From Felis catus (taxonomy: Eukaryota), in contig NC_058369.1 of NCBI RefSeq assembly GCF_018350175.1, positions 10,294,001 to 10,358,000 on the forward strand: 64,000 nt of DNA, read 5' to 3'. The translations under genes and the position numbers were made by a program. Below the pieces are notes generated by a model. That model did no database searches. It was not told the origin of the DNA and saw nothing but the letters and a program-made list of their open reading frames with translations. Positions 11,619-23,228 of the stretch are shown here, one piece after another. Numbering within the stretch: the first letter of the stretch is position 1; every line of letters starts with the position of its first letter.

Positions 11619-14600
11619 GTATGGCCCTGGCCGGGCTGGAGCTGGGGGGCCAGCCAGGGATGGTCGGGACCCAGATTACGGCATCCCCACCCTGCGGCTA
11701 GAAACCGGGGCCCGAGGGACAGAGGAGGGGATGGGCTGGGCTCTCACTTGCCTCTCGTCTGGAAGGGACCAGAGAGGAGGAGGAGGATGGCGATGATTAC
11801 GAGAACATGGCACCCCCCTACAAGGATCTCCCTCCCAAGCCAGGTAAGAGGACTCCTCAGAGGCCGGGTGCAGAAAATGTGTGGCCTGTGCCCCGAGGGA
11901 AGCAGCGGCCGGGGGGCATTAGCTGGGCGTCGTAGACGCACGGTCAGCCTCCCGTGTGCCCGGCCAGACGCCGTGATGACAGGTGTCTCTGTGCCTCTGC
12001 CCTGCCCCGGAAGGTCTCCCTGTCCACTGGGAGGGGCGGTTCTGGGCACAGCCCCCGGTGAGCAGGTCCACGAAGGGATGGCCCGAGAGAACGGGGGAAA
12101 TCTCCAGGGGGAATTGAGGGCTCCGCTTGTAGTGGTGGGGAGACTGGGGTCAGAGGGGGGGATACTGGGATGGGGCTTAACGGATGAGCCGGAGTTTGTC
12201 AGGCAGAGGAGCCTGGTAGAGAACTGATGGGCGCACAGGTCCTGAGACAGGAAAGCTGATGCTTCATAAGCAGTGCGTGGACCCTCGACTCCCAGCCTCC
12301 TCACATCCACACTCTGGGGGCCAGATTTGCCTTTAGGCTCCGTGCCTGGCCCGGGTCTCGAGAAGAGTCTGCTAAGTGGGTATAAAAGGGGAGGCTTCGA
12401 GGCTCCCCTGAGGGTCGACTGCGCTGTGCTGGTGTCCTTGGACCCCGGCCGGGCCCTGTAGGGCGGGGCGCTGCGCCCACCGCTTCTTAGTCCAGCGAGA
12501 GGCCGACCGGGGAGGTGCCCAGGGCTCCGAATGAGGCAGGAGGGGCCCTGGGCTCTGCGGCGTGTCGGCTCCCAGCTCCCACTTGGTCTCGACACAACCC
12601 TCAAGCCCACCTCCAACGTGGACCCCACCCATTCCGTCTTCGGTGCTGCCCCTTCCCCGAAGCCGGCCCCTCCCCCATTTCCGATTGCAGTCCGATTTCC
12701 AGCTTTATTCCCAAAGCCGCAGTCGTCCCCCTTTCTTCCAAGAACCACGACCTAAACGGGGTTTCCTCCCCATCCCCTGGTGCAGTGATAGTCCCACCCT
12801 TCATCCGGACCACATCGCGCACCGCAACCCTGCTCCCGTGTCCGTCACCGTCCCCCCACCCCATCCTCAACCCAGCCTTAGCCCAGGCTCAGCTGTGTCT
12901 TTTTTTTATTTATTTATTTATTTTATTTTATTTTTTTTATTTTTGGGACAGAGAGAGACAGAGCATGAACGGGGGAGGGGCAGAGAGAGAGGGAGACACA
13001 GAATCGGAAACAGGCTCCAGGCTCCGAGCCATCAGCCCAGAGCCTGACGCGGGGCACGAACTCACGGACCGCGAGATCGTGACCTGGCTGAAGTCGGACG
13101 CTTAACCGACTGCGCCACCCAGGCGCCCCTCAGCTGTGTCTTTAACTGAGGGCGAACAACTGCCCCAGGTTTTCCCAGGGCTGAGTGATTTCCCGGAACG
13201 TGGGACTTTGAGGTTTAAAACTGGGCGAGTCCCGGGCGATCCAGGACGGCTGGTCGCTGTAGCTCAACCCCGGTTCCATTCTCATGCTCAACCCTGTCCC
13301 TCACCCTCCACCTGAGCCGCGGCCCTGGCTCCATCACTGCTTCTGGTCTTTTTCCGGGCCTCACACGGGCTCTAACTCTGAACTTCTCTTCTACAGACTC
13401 GATGGCCCCACCTAGGCCTCCGAGGGCAGGTGAGTTGGGGCTGGGGGTACAGGAAACTCAGTGCTGCCTTTGTGCTGCTCTGGGCCTAACCATTCCTTTC
13501 CCTCCCTCCCCTCCCACCCCCCCAGGAAAGAAAACAGAGAAGCCCCCACTGCCTTGCAAGTCCCCAAAGATCAAAGGTGAGAATCTGGGTCTGGGACCTT
13601 TCAGTTTACCTGGCTGAAGTCCTTGTCTGCATAACCACTGTCTTTCTGGCCCCTTCCAGGCCCGGACTTCACCCCTGTCATCTGCACATCTCCTCCACTG
13701 GGTGAGCGGTGGGGAGAGCCTTTCAGAAGCCTGCGAGGGGACACCGGGAAGCCCTCCAGTTCCCTAGAGAACAAATCGGATGGGATGGGGGAGGTGTTGA
13801 TCTTGGGATGTAGAGTCTTGCAGCAACTTGCGAATAAACGCTTCTCTCCCTTTCTCCCAGGTGTCATTCCAGAATGCCCTCCGTTCCAGCCGTCCCTAGC
13901 TGGTAAGTCCACATGCCCCCCAGGTGTGCCCCTCTCTTCCCTCTCATGGTAGCAAGTATCCTTGAGTCAGACCTATAGCTCCAGAGGGAGACCCTGGGGC
14001 AGAGAAGTGTCTCCTTTCAGAAGGTCCTCCTCCCTGAGTCTAAACCAGACTCCAGGGACCCAGGGCCTCTGCCTGATTCTCCTCAGGCCCCACCTCCTAC
14101 TTGCATAAAGCACGGGAAACATTCTCTGCCCCTGATGCAAAGGTCCATAAGCTTCCTAGAAGGGGGGAGCAGCTTGGGCAGGGGCTGCTGGAGAGTATAG
14201 GGTAATGCATCGCAAACGTTAGGAGCTGCGCTGGGCCCAACTCATGCACGACCTCGCCAAGCCCTCCGTTTACTTATTTGCAAACCGAGAATAATAGTGA
14301 CATCTACGTGATAAGGGTGAGGATCCAGTAGTAAGGGTGTGACAGGATGCTTTGGCACACGGCACATTCTCTCCGTGTTCTGGGTTATGTTGTAGCCGTG
14401 TTAGGTTGCGGTGATGGTGTTGGATTTGAAGATGGAGATGGGATGGGGGTGGGGCTTCATTTGGAGATGGGGAGGGGGCTCCGTTTGGGGAAGCGATGGC
14501 CCTGAAGCACAGCATGTGCTCTTCTGGGCTCCTTCAGGGGTCTCTTCCCCTGACCCTCTCTCGCCGACGCCCTCTGGTGAGCCAGTCATGACCACGGATC

Positions 14601-17600
14601 TCTGTCTCCCCGCTCTTGGAGAGAGGCTCGAGTGTCTCTTCCTCACTCTATGAAGCACCAGCACTGGTCTCTGTGTCCCCACTCTCTTCCCCAGCCACCC
14701 CGGGGTCCCAGCTCAGTCAGAAGTCCAGATGTCCTGGGTGCTACCAGGAGGAGAGACTGGTGGTGTTCCTGTGCCTGCTGGTGGTGGTGTCACTGCTCCT
14801 GAGCTGCACTGGTCTGGCTGTGACCCTTATCAAGTGTGAGTAGGAAGGGGATGGGGCCTGGGGAGACGCTGAGCATGGGGCGTGGGAGGGCCTGGGCTCA
14901 AGATGGACTCTTCCTCATAGACCAGGAGGTGGTGGGAGAGCTGAGAATGTTGACCTTTCAGCAGACGGCATGGCAAGCAAGTGGTGAGTGCTTTGTTCCC
15001 TTCATGTTATGCATATCGAACGCCCAACGTGACCCCTCAAATGCGACCCCAAGGCCACTTCCGATCCTGCCTTTGCCGGGAATTGTGTAGGTATCGGGGG
15101 ACGGGTGGGGTAGGGAGCACATCAGGCACCGTTCCTGTCCTTGCAGAGTGTGTGCGTGTGTGTTTACGTGCATGTGTGCGTCTAGATTGCCACTGTCCAA
15201 TATGGCGGCCATGAGCCACTGTGGCTATGGGACAAGTAGGCTATTGGACACTGTGGCAATGGGACACTTGCAGTGTGGTCATTCTGAACGGAGATGGGCT
15301 GTGAGTGTAAAACACACACCAATGTCAAAGACTTGCTCCAAAAAAAAAAAAAAAAGAATGTAAAATATCTCAACAATATCAAGAATAATAATCTTTTTTT
15401 TTTTCAACGTTTATTTATTTTTGGGACAGAGAGAGACAGAGCATGGACGGGGGAGGGGCAGAGAGAGAGGGAGACACAGAATCGGAAACAGGCTCCAGGC
15501 TCTGAGCCATCAGCCCAGAGCCCGACGCGGGGCTCGAACCCACGGACCACGAGATCGTGACCTAGCTGAAGTCGGACGCTTAACCGACTGCGCCACCCAG
15601 GCGCCCCAAGAATAATAATCTTTAATACCGGTTACCCATTAAAATATTTTGGATACATTGGCATAAGTAAAAAAAATAAACACTCAAATTTTTTTTGTCT
15701 GCTTTCTTCTGACTTTTAAAAAATGGGGCCATTAGGCACGCCTGGGTGGCTCAGTCGGTTAAGTGCCTGACCTCGGCTCAGGTCATGATCTCGCGGTTCG
15801 TGGGTGCAAGCCCTGCATCCCCCTGAAGCCTGCTTAGGATTCTGTGTCTCCCTCTCTCTCTGCCTCTCCTCAGCTAGTGCTCTGTCTCTTTCTCTCTCAA
15901 AAATGAATAAACATTAAAAAAATTAAAAAAAATTTTTTTTCCCAACGTTTATTTATTTTTGGGACAGAGAGAGACAGAGCATGAACAGGGGAGGGGCAGA
16001 GAGAGAGGGAGACACAGAATCGGAAACAGGCTCCAGGCTCTGAGCCATCAGCCCAGAGCCTGACGCGGGGCTCGAACTCACGTACCGCGAGATCGTGACC
16101 TGGCTGAAGTCGGACGCTTAACCGACTGCGCCACCCAGGCGCCCCAAAAAATTTTTTTTTAAATGGGGCCATTTGAAAATTCAAAATTATGTATGTGGTT
16201 TATATTCTACTTCTGTTGGACAGCACAGGTATTAAGAAGCATTTACCAAATTATCACCCAAATGAGTATAAAATCCCAAATTTCAGCGAATCGTCCAAAG
16301 GATGCTGATTCTATGAAAAAAAATATAATAAGGGATCTTTGACCTTATCTTTGGGAAGGTCATATAGGGCTTTCCTAGGGAAAGAGTGCTGTAGCTGAGT
16401 GAGGGAAGGGAAACAACCACGTGAGGGGTGGAGGGCTTCAGGTGTGTGCAAAGGCCCTGTGGCAGGAGGCAATGTCGTAAGTACAAGGGAGGAGTACGGG
16501 GCAGTTGGACGGGTGAGAGGTGATGGTGGCTTGGATGAGGGTGGAGAGAGGTGGGTGGAGTAGAAAAGCTTTAGTGGGTAGAGAGACGGAAGGGTGTCCA
16601 GCTGGAAGTGGGCAAGTCTGGCGTGGGAGCCGTAGGAATACTTAGTTGTAGAAGAATCTCCTGGGCTAGCACGGCCTTCGCCATGTTTGCTGAAGCCCGA
16701 CAATTGTCGCATGTTGCATTCAAGCCACTCTTCTGCTCGAAAGCCACTGGTGGCGTCTCACTGCCCAGAGTCCAAGCTGAAACTCCAGGCTTAACACTCG
16801 AGGACCTGGACGTTGGCCCTCACCCTACTTTGAGCTCTGGCTCCTGTGAGGTTCACCTTGACCTCTACCGCTGCGGCCTGCCCCAACATGTCTGCTTCTG
16901 TAAAGGTGGCCCCGGCCTGCTGAGCCTCCCTCCCTCTCTCTCGCGGATACTGAGTCACTATCTTCCTGCAAAACCCACCTCCTCCAGGAGGTCCACCATC
17001 CCCACTCTTCCCCAAGCCCCAGAGCTCAGTCCCTCCTCTGAGCCACTCTAGGACTCTCTCTGGGCACTGAGCACGTCAGTTTTGAGTTCTAGCACCACCC
17101 GCTAGAAAGAGGGTACAGTGAGGAGCGTGGGTCTCGCTTCTTTCTGGTGTTTGCAGTCAGCGGTGGGTGGATGGCTAGATGGGGGTTTGCGTTACTAACC
17201 TTCCAGCCCGTCCTTGCTGACAGTGACTGGCACGGCAGGGCTGGCTGGCCTGAAGAAGGATATTGACCACATAAGAACTAACACCAACCAGTCCCTGGTA
17301 GAACTTCGAGGCTTATTAGGTGAGTGGGACTTGGGGAACTGCCCTGAGATGGGGGACATGACTGTGCTGGCATGTTGCACAAATCCCCAGGGGGGTGATT
17401 CTCAGCGCAGTTAACCCGAACGATGCCCCCTGGGGATGAGCAGTGCGCAACCCGCACAACTGTGTGTGGCACACCGTGTACATGACCCCGGCTCTGGGGC
17501 CATGCTGAGAGCATACTATTCTGTCCCTAGACTGTACCAGGACCACCTGCCCTGAGGGCTGGCTCCCCTTTGAGGGCAAGTGTTACTACTTCTCCCCAAG

Positions 17601-20600
17601 GACCAAGTCATGGGATGAAGCCCGGAAGTTTTGCCAAGAGAATAACTCTCACTTGGTCATCATCAGTAGCCTCCCCGAACAGGTGAGCTATCCCCTCCAA
17701 GCCCTCAAGAGCGAGCAGGTTTCACATAGCCTTCCTGGATGGGGAGAAATTGGAAGTGCTTTTGAGCCACTAAGACTTTTTCTTTTTTTAAAATGCTTAA
17801 TTTATTTATTTTGAGAGAGAGAGAGAGCGAGCAGGGGAGGGGCAGAGAGAATCTCAAGCAATGTCAGAACAGAGCCTGACGTGGGGCTTGATCCCACGAA
17901 CCATGAGACCATGACCTGCGCCAAATTCAAGAGTTAGATGCTTAGTCGACTGAGTCGCCTAGATGCTCTTAGCCACTAAAACTTTAAAAAAAAATATTTT
18001 TTTTCAACGTTTTTTATTTATTTTTGGGACAGAGAGAGACAGAGCATGAGCGGGGGAGGGGCAGAGAGAGAGGGAGACACAGAATCGGAAACAGGCTCCA
18101 GGCTCTGAGCCATCAGCCCAGAGCCCGACACGGGGCTCGAACCCACGGACCGCGAGATCGTGACCTGGCTGAAGTCGGCCGCTTAACCGACTGCGCCACC
18201 CAGGCGCCCCTAGAACTTTTTTTAAATTGTTTATTACTTTTGAGAGAGAGAGAGAGAGAGACAGAGAGCAAGCAGGGAAGGGGCAGAGAGAGAGAGGGAG
18301 ACGCAGAACCCGAAGCAGGCTCCGGGCTCTGAGCTGTCAGCACAGAGCCCCATGCGGGGCTTGAACCCTCGGACCTCGAGATCGTGACCTGAGCTGTAGT
18401 CGGCAGCCCAACCGACTGAGCCACCCAGGCGCCCCCGCTGCTAAGGCTTTAGACAACAAGGTTAAGAGGACAGGCTCTCCTTGGGTTCAAATCCCAAGTC
18501 TCTAACCTGGAGATATCGTCACGGCTATTATATTCCTTCCGTTCTCCAGGCTGTGTTCCAAACACCTCGCGTCTTACATTAACGTCCTCACAACAACCTT
18601 GTGAATTAGCATGCGAGTCAGGAGGGGTCATGTGATGCCCGAGTAACCGTCCCCGTAGCTCGATGAGGGACGCGTGGGTCCTGCTGCGCTTTGAGGTGGT
18701 AGGAAAGCAGTTTCACCGGCGAAGGAAAACTGGCGTTTCGTAAGCACCTGCGATGATTTGGTGCTACGACGGTTAGAGTGAAAAAAACCATTTGCACACG
18801 GTAGACATTGCTTGTACTTGGCAGATGGGGAAACCGAGGCACCGTACGTTTAAGAGACTTGCCCGTGGCCATGGACAACTAGCAAGTGTCAGAGCTGGGA
18901 TTTGAGCCCGGGGGTCTGCATGGTCTTTTTCCATCCTTTACCTGTGTCATTATTTTCTTTTTTTAAAAAAAAATTTTTTTTTCAACGTTTATTTATTTTT
19001 GAGACAGAGAGAGACAGAGCATGAACAGGGGAGGGGCAGAGAGAGAGAGGGAGACACAGAATCGGAAACAGGCTCCAGGCTCTGAGCCATCAGCCCAGAG
19101 CCCGACGCGGGGCTCGAACTCCTGGACCGTGAGATCGTGACCTGGCTGAAGTCGGACGCTCAACCGACTGCGCCACCCAGGCGCCCCGGATCTTGTTTTT
19201 TAAATTCAGTCTGACGATTTCTGGCTCTTAATGGGTGTTTTTATTTTTTTTTTAATTTTTTTTTTAACGTTTATTTATTTTTTTGGGACAGAGAGAGCCA
19301 GAGCATGAACGGGGGAGGGGCAGAGAGAGAGGGAGACACAGAATGGGAAGCAGGCTCCAGGCTCTGAGCCACCAGCGCAGAGCCTGACGCGAGGCTCGAA
19401 CTCACGGACCGCGAGATCGTGACCTGAGCTGAAGTCGGGCGCTTAACCGACTGAGCCACCCAGGCGCCAATGGGTGTTTTTAGACCACTTACATTTGATG
19501 TCATTAAGCTGATGGCTGAATGGAGTTTGTACTTGCAGAAGTTTGTGGCCAAGGCTCATGGCTCTCCACGGATCTACTGGCTGGGGCTGAGTGACAGGGA
19601 CCGTGAAGGGGACTGGAAGTGGCTGGATGGGTCACCTGTCACTCTGAGGCAAGTACTGAGGGCCCTTGGGGTCTCTGCCCGCCATGGTCTTTGTGCAGTC
19701 CAAGCCAGAAGATTCTTTAGAACCCCAGGCCAGGCTGGGTAAAGGAGGCCCAAGGGTGCTTTTTTGCTCACAGGGAATCTGGTTCCTGTACCTTTAAGAT
19801 TTTTCTCCATTGCGGGGAGCCTGGGTGGCTCAGGTCATGATCTCACACTCCGTGAGTTCGAGCCCCGTGTCGGGCTCTGTGCTGACGGCTCAGAGCCTGG
19901 AGCCTGCTTCCGATTCTGTCTCCCTCTCTCTCTGCCCCCTTTCCACTCACGCTTTGTCTCTCTCTGTCTCTGAAAAGTGAATAAACCTTTAAAAAGATGA
20001 AACATTTTTCTCCATTGCAACATCTTTACTTTTTAGCACAACTATAAGGTCAGGTCCTCAGGCCAGTGGGAGGGGGGGTGGCGGAGGGAAGGAGGAGTGG
20101 TTATAAGGTGGGAAGGGGAGGCAGCTTCCAAAAGCTTCATCCTTTTGGATGAACGGGATCTCTCTATCTCTAGCTCTCTGTCTGTCTGCACTCTACATAT
20201 ATTAACCCATTGATTTAATCTTTTTAATAATCCTATAAAGAAGGTATAATTGTTCCCATCTTTAAAATTTTTTTCTTATCATCTCCACTTTAAAGATGAG
20301 GAAACTGAGGCACAGACAGGTTGAGCAACCACCTAAGGTTGGAAAGCTGGCAGGTGGCCCGTGCCAGCCAGTCTAGCTTTAAAGCCTATATTCTCAGCCT
20401 TTACACTTACTTTCTCAAGGAGCGTATGTATTTGTATTTTAAACAAATATTCACCGATCGTCCCTCATAGTGGTTATACCAGCTTATGCTTTCGCTGGCT
20501 CGACGATACTTTTCTTCATTAAGAGTTCATCAGACTTGTGTAATTTTGTTGGCTTAATTGTAGATGAAATGGAATCCCAATTTAGTATTGATTTGCATTC

Positions 20601-21181
20601 TCTTATAATGACTGGAGTTGGCTATGTTATTTTTTTTATTATTTGTATGTTTTTTATAAATTTTTTTTTCAACGTTTATTTATTTTTGGGACAGAGAGAG
20701 ACAGAGCATGAACGGGGGAGGGGCAGAGAGAGAGGGAGACACAGAATCGGAAACAGGCTCCAGGCTCTGAGCCATCAGCCCAGAGCCCGACGTGGGGCTC
20801 GAACTCACGGACCGCGAGATCGTGACCTGGCTGAAGTCGGACGCTCAACCGTCTGCGCCACCCAGGCGCCTATTTGTATGTTTTTTAAAGTTTATTTTGA
20901 GAGAGAGTGCGAGCAGGGGAGCAGGGGCGGGGCAGAGAGAGGGAGAGAGAGAGAATCCCAAGTAGGCTCGTGCTGCCAGTGCAGAGCTCGATGTGGGGCT
21001 CGGACCCACAAGCCATGAGATCATGACCTGAGCTGAAATCGAGTTGGACACTTCACCGACTGGGCCCCCAGGTGCTCCTGGGTATCTTCTCATATGTTTA
21101 ATAGACACAGGTATTAACTTTTCTGTGAAGTGTTTATTATATCATTGGTACATTTTTATACTGGGATTTTAGTTTTTTTCC

Positions 21182-21218
<37 letters not shown>

Positions 21219-22673
21219 TTCCTTTAAATGTTTATTTTTGGGAGAGCATGAGCAGGGGAGGGACAGAGAGAGAGGGAGACATAGAATTTAAAGCAGGCTC
21301 CAGGCTCCAGGCTGTCAGCAGAGAGCCCACAGAGTCCAATGCAGGGCTCGAACCCATGAACTGTGAGATCATGACCTGAGCCAAAGTCGGAAGCCTAACC
21401 GACTGAGCCACCCAGGTGCCCCTTCTTCTTTATTTCGAAGAGCTCTTTATATGTTAGACATATTAGTGTCCTGACAGGGGTTCTCATTTTTTGTTAAAGA
21501 TTCTCGGAGGAGGGCACCGCTCTATAAATAGCAAAGACATGGCATGGTGGGGTGCTGTGAGGGCCCAGCTGAGACCCCCTCATGGGCCTGGTGCAGCCCT
21601 CCCCCGGCAGAGGGAACTGACTGCTAAAGGCTCACGGATGTGCTTTCTCTAGAGAGTTGTCCTCAGCTGAATGGAGGCCAGCTCCCCTAGGAGGTTACTT
21701 CAGCCCACAGCCAACGAGTGGCCAAGAGAAGCCGGGACCCTTTGTCACAAGTCGAGAGAACTCTGTGGTGCTGTTCACGCTCCAGAGCTCCCTCTTGGAT
21801 CAGGCTGAGGCAAGACCAGGCTGAACCCACATCCGGGCTCAAGGTCTCCCCCCGCACCATCTGCTTCTCGCACTCCTCTCCTGAGAGCATCCCTTAGTAA
21901 ATCCCACGCACCCGAATTGCCAAATCAGGCTCTGCCTTAATGGAAGAGACTTGAGATACCACAATACCTGGGAGGTTGGAAGGATTCCAAGAAGCGTTCT
22001 TTGTAAGAGGCAGAAACTGACCAGATGTAGGAAATGGACTCAGGAGCAGGAGACCGTCCCGGTGAACGGGGAGGCGGGGCTGAATTAAGACAGACAAGGT
22101 GGGGGTGAGGGGGACAACGTGGTGGCTTCAGGGAATTCTGGAAAGCTGAAGAAATGGCTAGGATGCAAGAAAGAGCCTTGAACCTCGAGGGCCTTTCCTC
22201 CCCCCTCCCCCCGACTCCCTGATATTCTTTCTTTAATTAACAGACTTTCTTTTTTGCCAAACAATTGAGCAGAAGGTACACGGTTTCCGCTGTCATTACC
22301 ATCTTGCAGTTTTGGGGTGGCACGTTTGTTACAGACGATGAACCAATATGGATACATTACGATGAGTTGAAGTCCTTGCTTCCCGTTAGGCTTCGCTCCA
22401 AGTGTTGTGCATTCTGTGGGTTTTGACGCGTGTATGTTGTCACATGTCCGCCGTCGCAGTATCGCACAGAGGGCCCTGAAAAAAATCCCCTGTGCCCCAC
22501 CTGTTCCTCCCTCCCCAATGCCGGCTTTTCCTCTCTGCAGCTTTTGGGACCCAGAGGAGCCCAACAACATCAACGATGAGGACTGTGCCAGTATGAACAA
22601 AGGTGGCACCTGGAACGACCTCTCTTGTGACAAAACGACCTACTGGATTTGTGAGCGGAAATGTTCCTGTTGA
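11579..22673 (+). CDS. CLEC17A: C-type lectin domain family 17 member A (prolectin), complete 12-coding-exon gene span, 326 aa
   Basis: Exons of 40+78+33+51+42+42+141+63+96+152+110+133 = 981 nt join in frame. Type II membrane protein: Tyr/Pro-rich tail, TM, neck, CTLD with EPN and WND, ending CERKCSC*. Position between NDUFB7 and ADGRE3 as in human. Confidence 0.95.
11766..11843 (+). CDS. CLEC17A: CLEC17A exon 2 (GTREEEEDGDDYENMAPPYKDLPPKP)
   Basis: AG acceptor, GTAAG donor; acidic YEN motif characteristic of prolectin. Confidence 0.93.
12901..13129 (-). mobile_element. Young felid SINE (SINEC_Fc-type) with target-site duplication CTCAGCTGTGTCTTT
   Basis: tRNA-like head, (CT)n, AATAAA/poly(A); flanking direct repeat. 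Representative of roughly 50 SINEC copies in the window. Confidence 0.92.
13397..13429 (+). CDS. CLEC17A: CLEC17A exon 3 (DSMAPPRPPRA)
   Basis: ttctacag acceptor, GTGAG donor, phase 1. Confidence 0.9.
13526..13576 (+). CDS. CLEC17A: CLEC17A exon 4 (GKKTEKPPLPCKSPKIK)
   Basis: cccag acceptor, GTGAG donor. Confidence 0.9.
13660..13701 (+). CDS. CLEC17A: CLEC17A exon 5 (GPDFTPVICTSPPL)
   Basis: cttccag acceptor, GTGAG donor. Confidence 0.85.
13861..13902 (+). CDS. CLEC17A: CLEC17A exon 6 (GVIPECPPFQPSLA)
   Basis: tttctcccag acceptor, GTAAG donor. Confidence 0.85.
14695..14835 (+). CDS. CLEC17A: CLEC17A exon 7, transmembrane helix (LVVFLCLLVVVSLLLSCTGLAVTLIK)
   Basis: Canonical AG/GT; hydrophobic segment. 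Confidence 0.93.
14921..14983 (+). CDS. CLEC17A: CLEC17A exon 8, neck (YQEVVGELRMLTFQQTAWQAS)
   Basis: ctcatag acceptor, GTGAG donor. Confidence 0.92.
15185..16230. mobile_element. MER3-like hAT DNA transposon interrupted by three SINEs (15397-15607 -, 15735-15930 +, 15932-16145 -)
   Basis: ctgtccaata...gctgtgagtgtaaaacacacacca...ttggacagca. SINE TSDs AAGAATAATAATCTTT and AAATGGGGCCATT. Confidence 0.7.
17224..17319 (+). CDS. CLEC17A: CLEC17A exon 9, neck (VTGTAGLAGLKKDIDHIRTNTNQSLVELRGLL)
   Basis: TACTAAC branch point at 17193-17199, CAG acceptor, GTGAG donor. Confidence 0.92.
17531..17682 (+). CDS. CLEC17A: CLEC17A exon 10, CTLD part 1 (DCTRTTCPEGWLPFEGKCYYFS...SLPEQ)
   Basis: CPxGW...CYYFS..W.EA..FC motif; canonical splice sites. 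Confidence 0.95.
17790..18436 (-). mobile_element. Cluster of three tandem antisense SINEC elements
   Basis: Three successive SINE bodies, each ending in a gcgcccc-like head. Confidence 0.85.
18962..19468 (-). mobile_element. Two antisense SINEC_Fc copies associated with an old L1 fragment
   Basis: TSD AATGGGTGTTTTT around the second copy. Confidence 0.88.
19539..19648 (+). CDS. CLEC17A: CLEC17A exon 11, CTLD part 2 (KFVAKAHGSPRIYWLGLSDRDREGDWKWLDGSPVTL)
   Basis: WLGL..EG.W.W.DGS motif; non-canonical donor AG|GCAAGT. Confidence 0.93.
19814..19997 (+). mobile_element. Sense SINEC_Fc with internal deletion, TSD TTTTCTCCATTGC
   Basis: ggggagcctgggtggctcaggtcatgatc... with flanking direct repeat. 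Confidence 0.88.
20655..21423 (-). mobile_element. Cluster of three antisense SINECs within L1 remnants
   Basis: SINE consensus segments. Confidence 0.8.
22541..22673 (+). CDS. CLEC17A: CLEC17A exon 12, CTLD part 3 (SFWDPEEPNNINDEDCASMNKGGTWNDLSCDKTTYWICERKCSC*)
   Basis: ctctctgcag acceptor; EPN and WND Ca2+/mannose-fucose-type motifs; TGA stop. Confidence 0.96.
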
Positions 22674-22889
22674 ACCCCACGGCTGAGGGTGGGGGGGGGG
22701 GGGTCCCGACTCGAGTGCCCCTCGGCTCTTGGGGATGAGAACCTCCCGCCCTTCCACGGAAGACTCTGCCAGTCTGTGAACCACCACGGATGGACCTACG
22801 ACGGAACCAGCAGCTTGGATGGAGCCAGTCCCCCTGGGTGCAAGTGACAGCAATTCTCTGGCGACCAGAGGGCTTGTGCAATCGGATGA

Positions 22890-23228
22890 TGTCCTAGTCT
22901 ATTCAGGCCGCTGTTCCAGAGTACTGGAAACTGGATGGCTTACAGGCAATAGAGATTTACTTGTTGAATTTCTGGAAGCCGGGAAGTCCAAGGTGAAAGT
23001 GCAGTGCTTGGTGAGGGCCCACTTTCTGATTCGCAGAGGGCCGTCTTGCTGTGTTCTCTTATGCTGCAAGGGGGGAGAACTCTCTGGGGTTCCTGTTATA
23101 AGGAACAAAGAGTTCCACCCTTATGACCTGATCGCCTCCCAAAGGCCCTATCGCCTTGAACCATCACATTGAGGGTTAGGGTTTAAGATACGAATTGGGC
23201 GGGGGACACACAATTCAGTCTGTAGCAG
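22890..23228 (-). mobile_element. MLT1-type MaLR LTR in the CLEC17A 3' region
   Basis: tgtcctagtc...ttctggaagccgggaagtccaagg...ccatcacattgagggttaggg...attcagtctgtagca. Confidence 0.7.

Noticed and set aside
11744..13105. 334-aa minus-strand ORF and overlapping 159-196 aa ORFs in CLEC17A intron 2
   Set aside because: Expected in GC-rich stop-poor DNA; no recognisable domain; some run into a SINE.
15421..15615. Recurrent short ORFs such as [12 protein letters not shown]... and [12 protein letters not shown]...
   Set aside because: Translations of SINEC elements, not a gene family; their tRNA-like heads are not tRNA genes.
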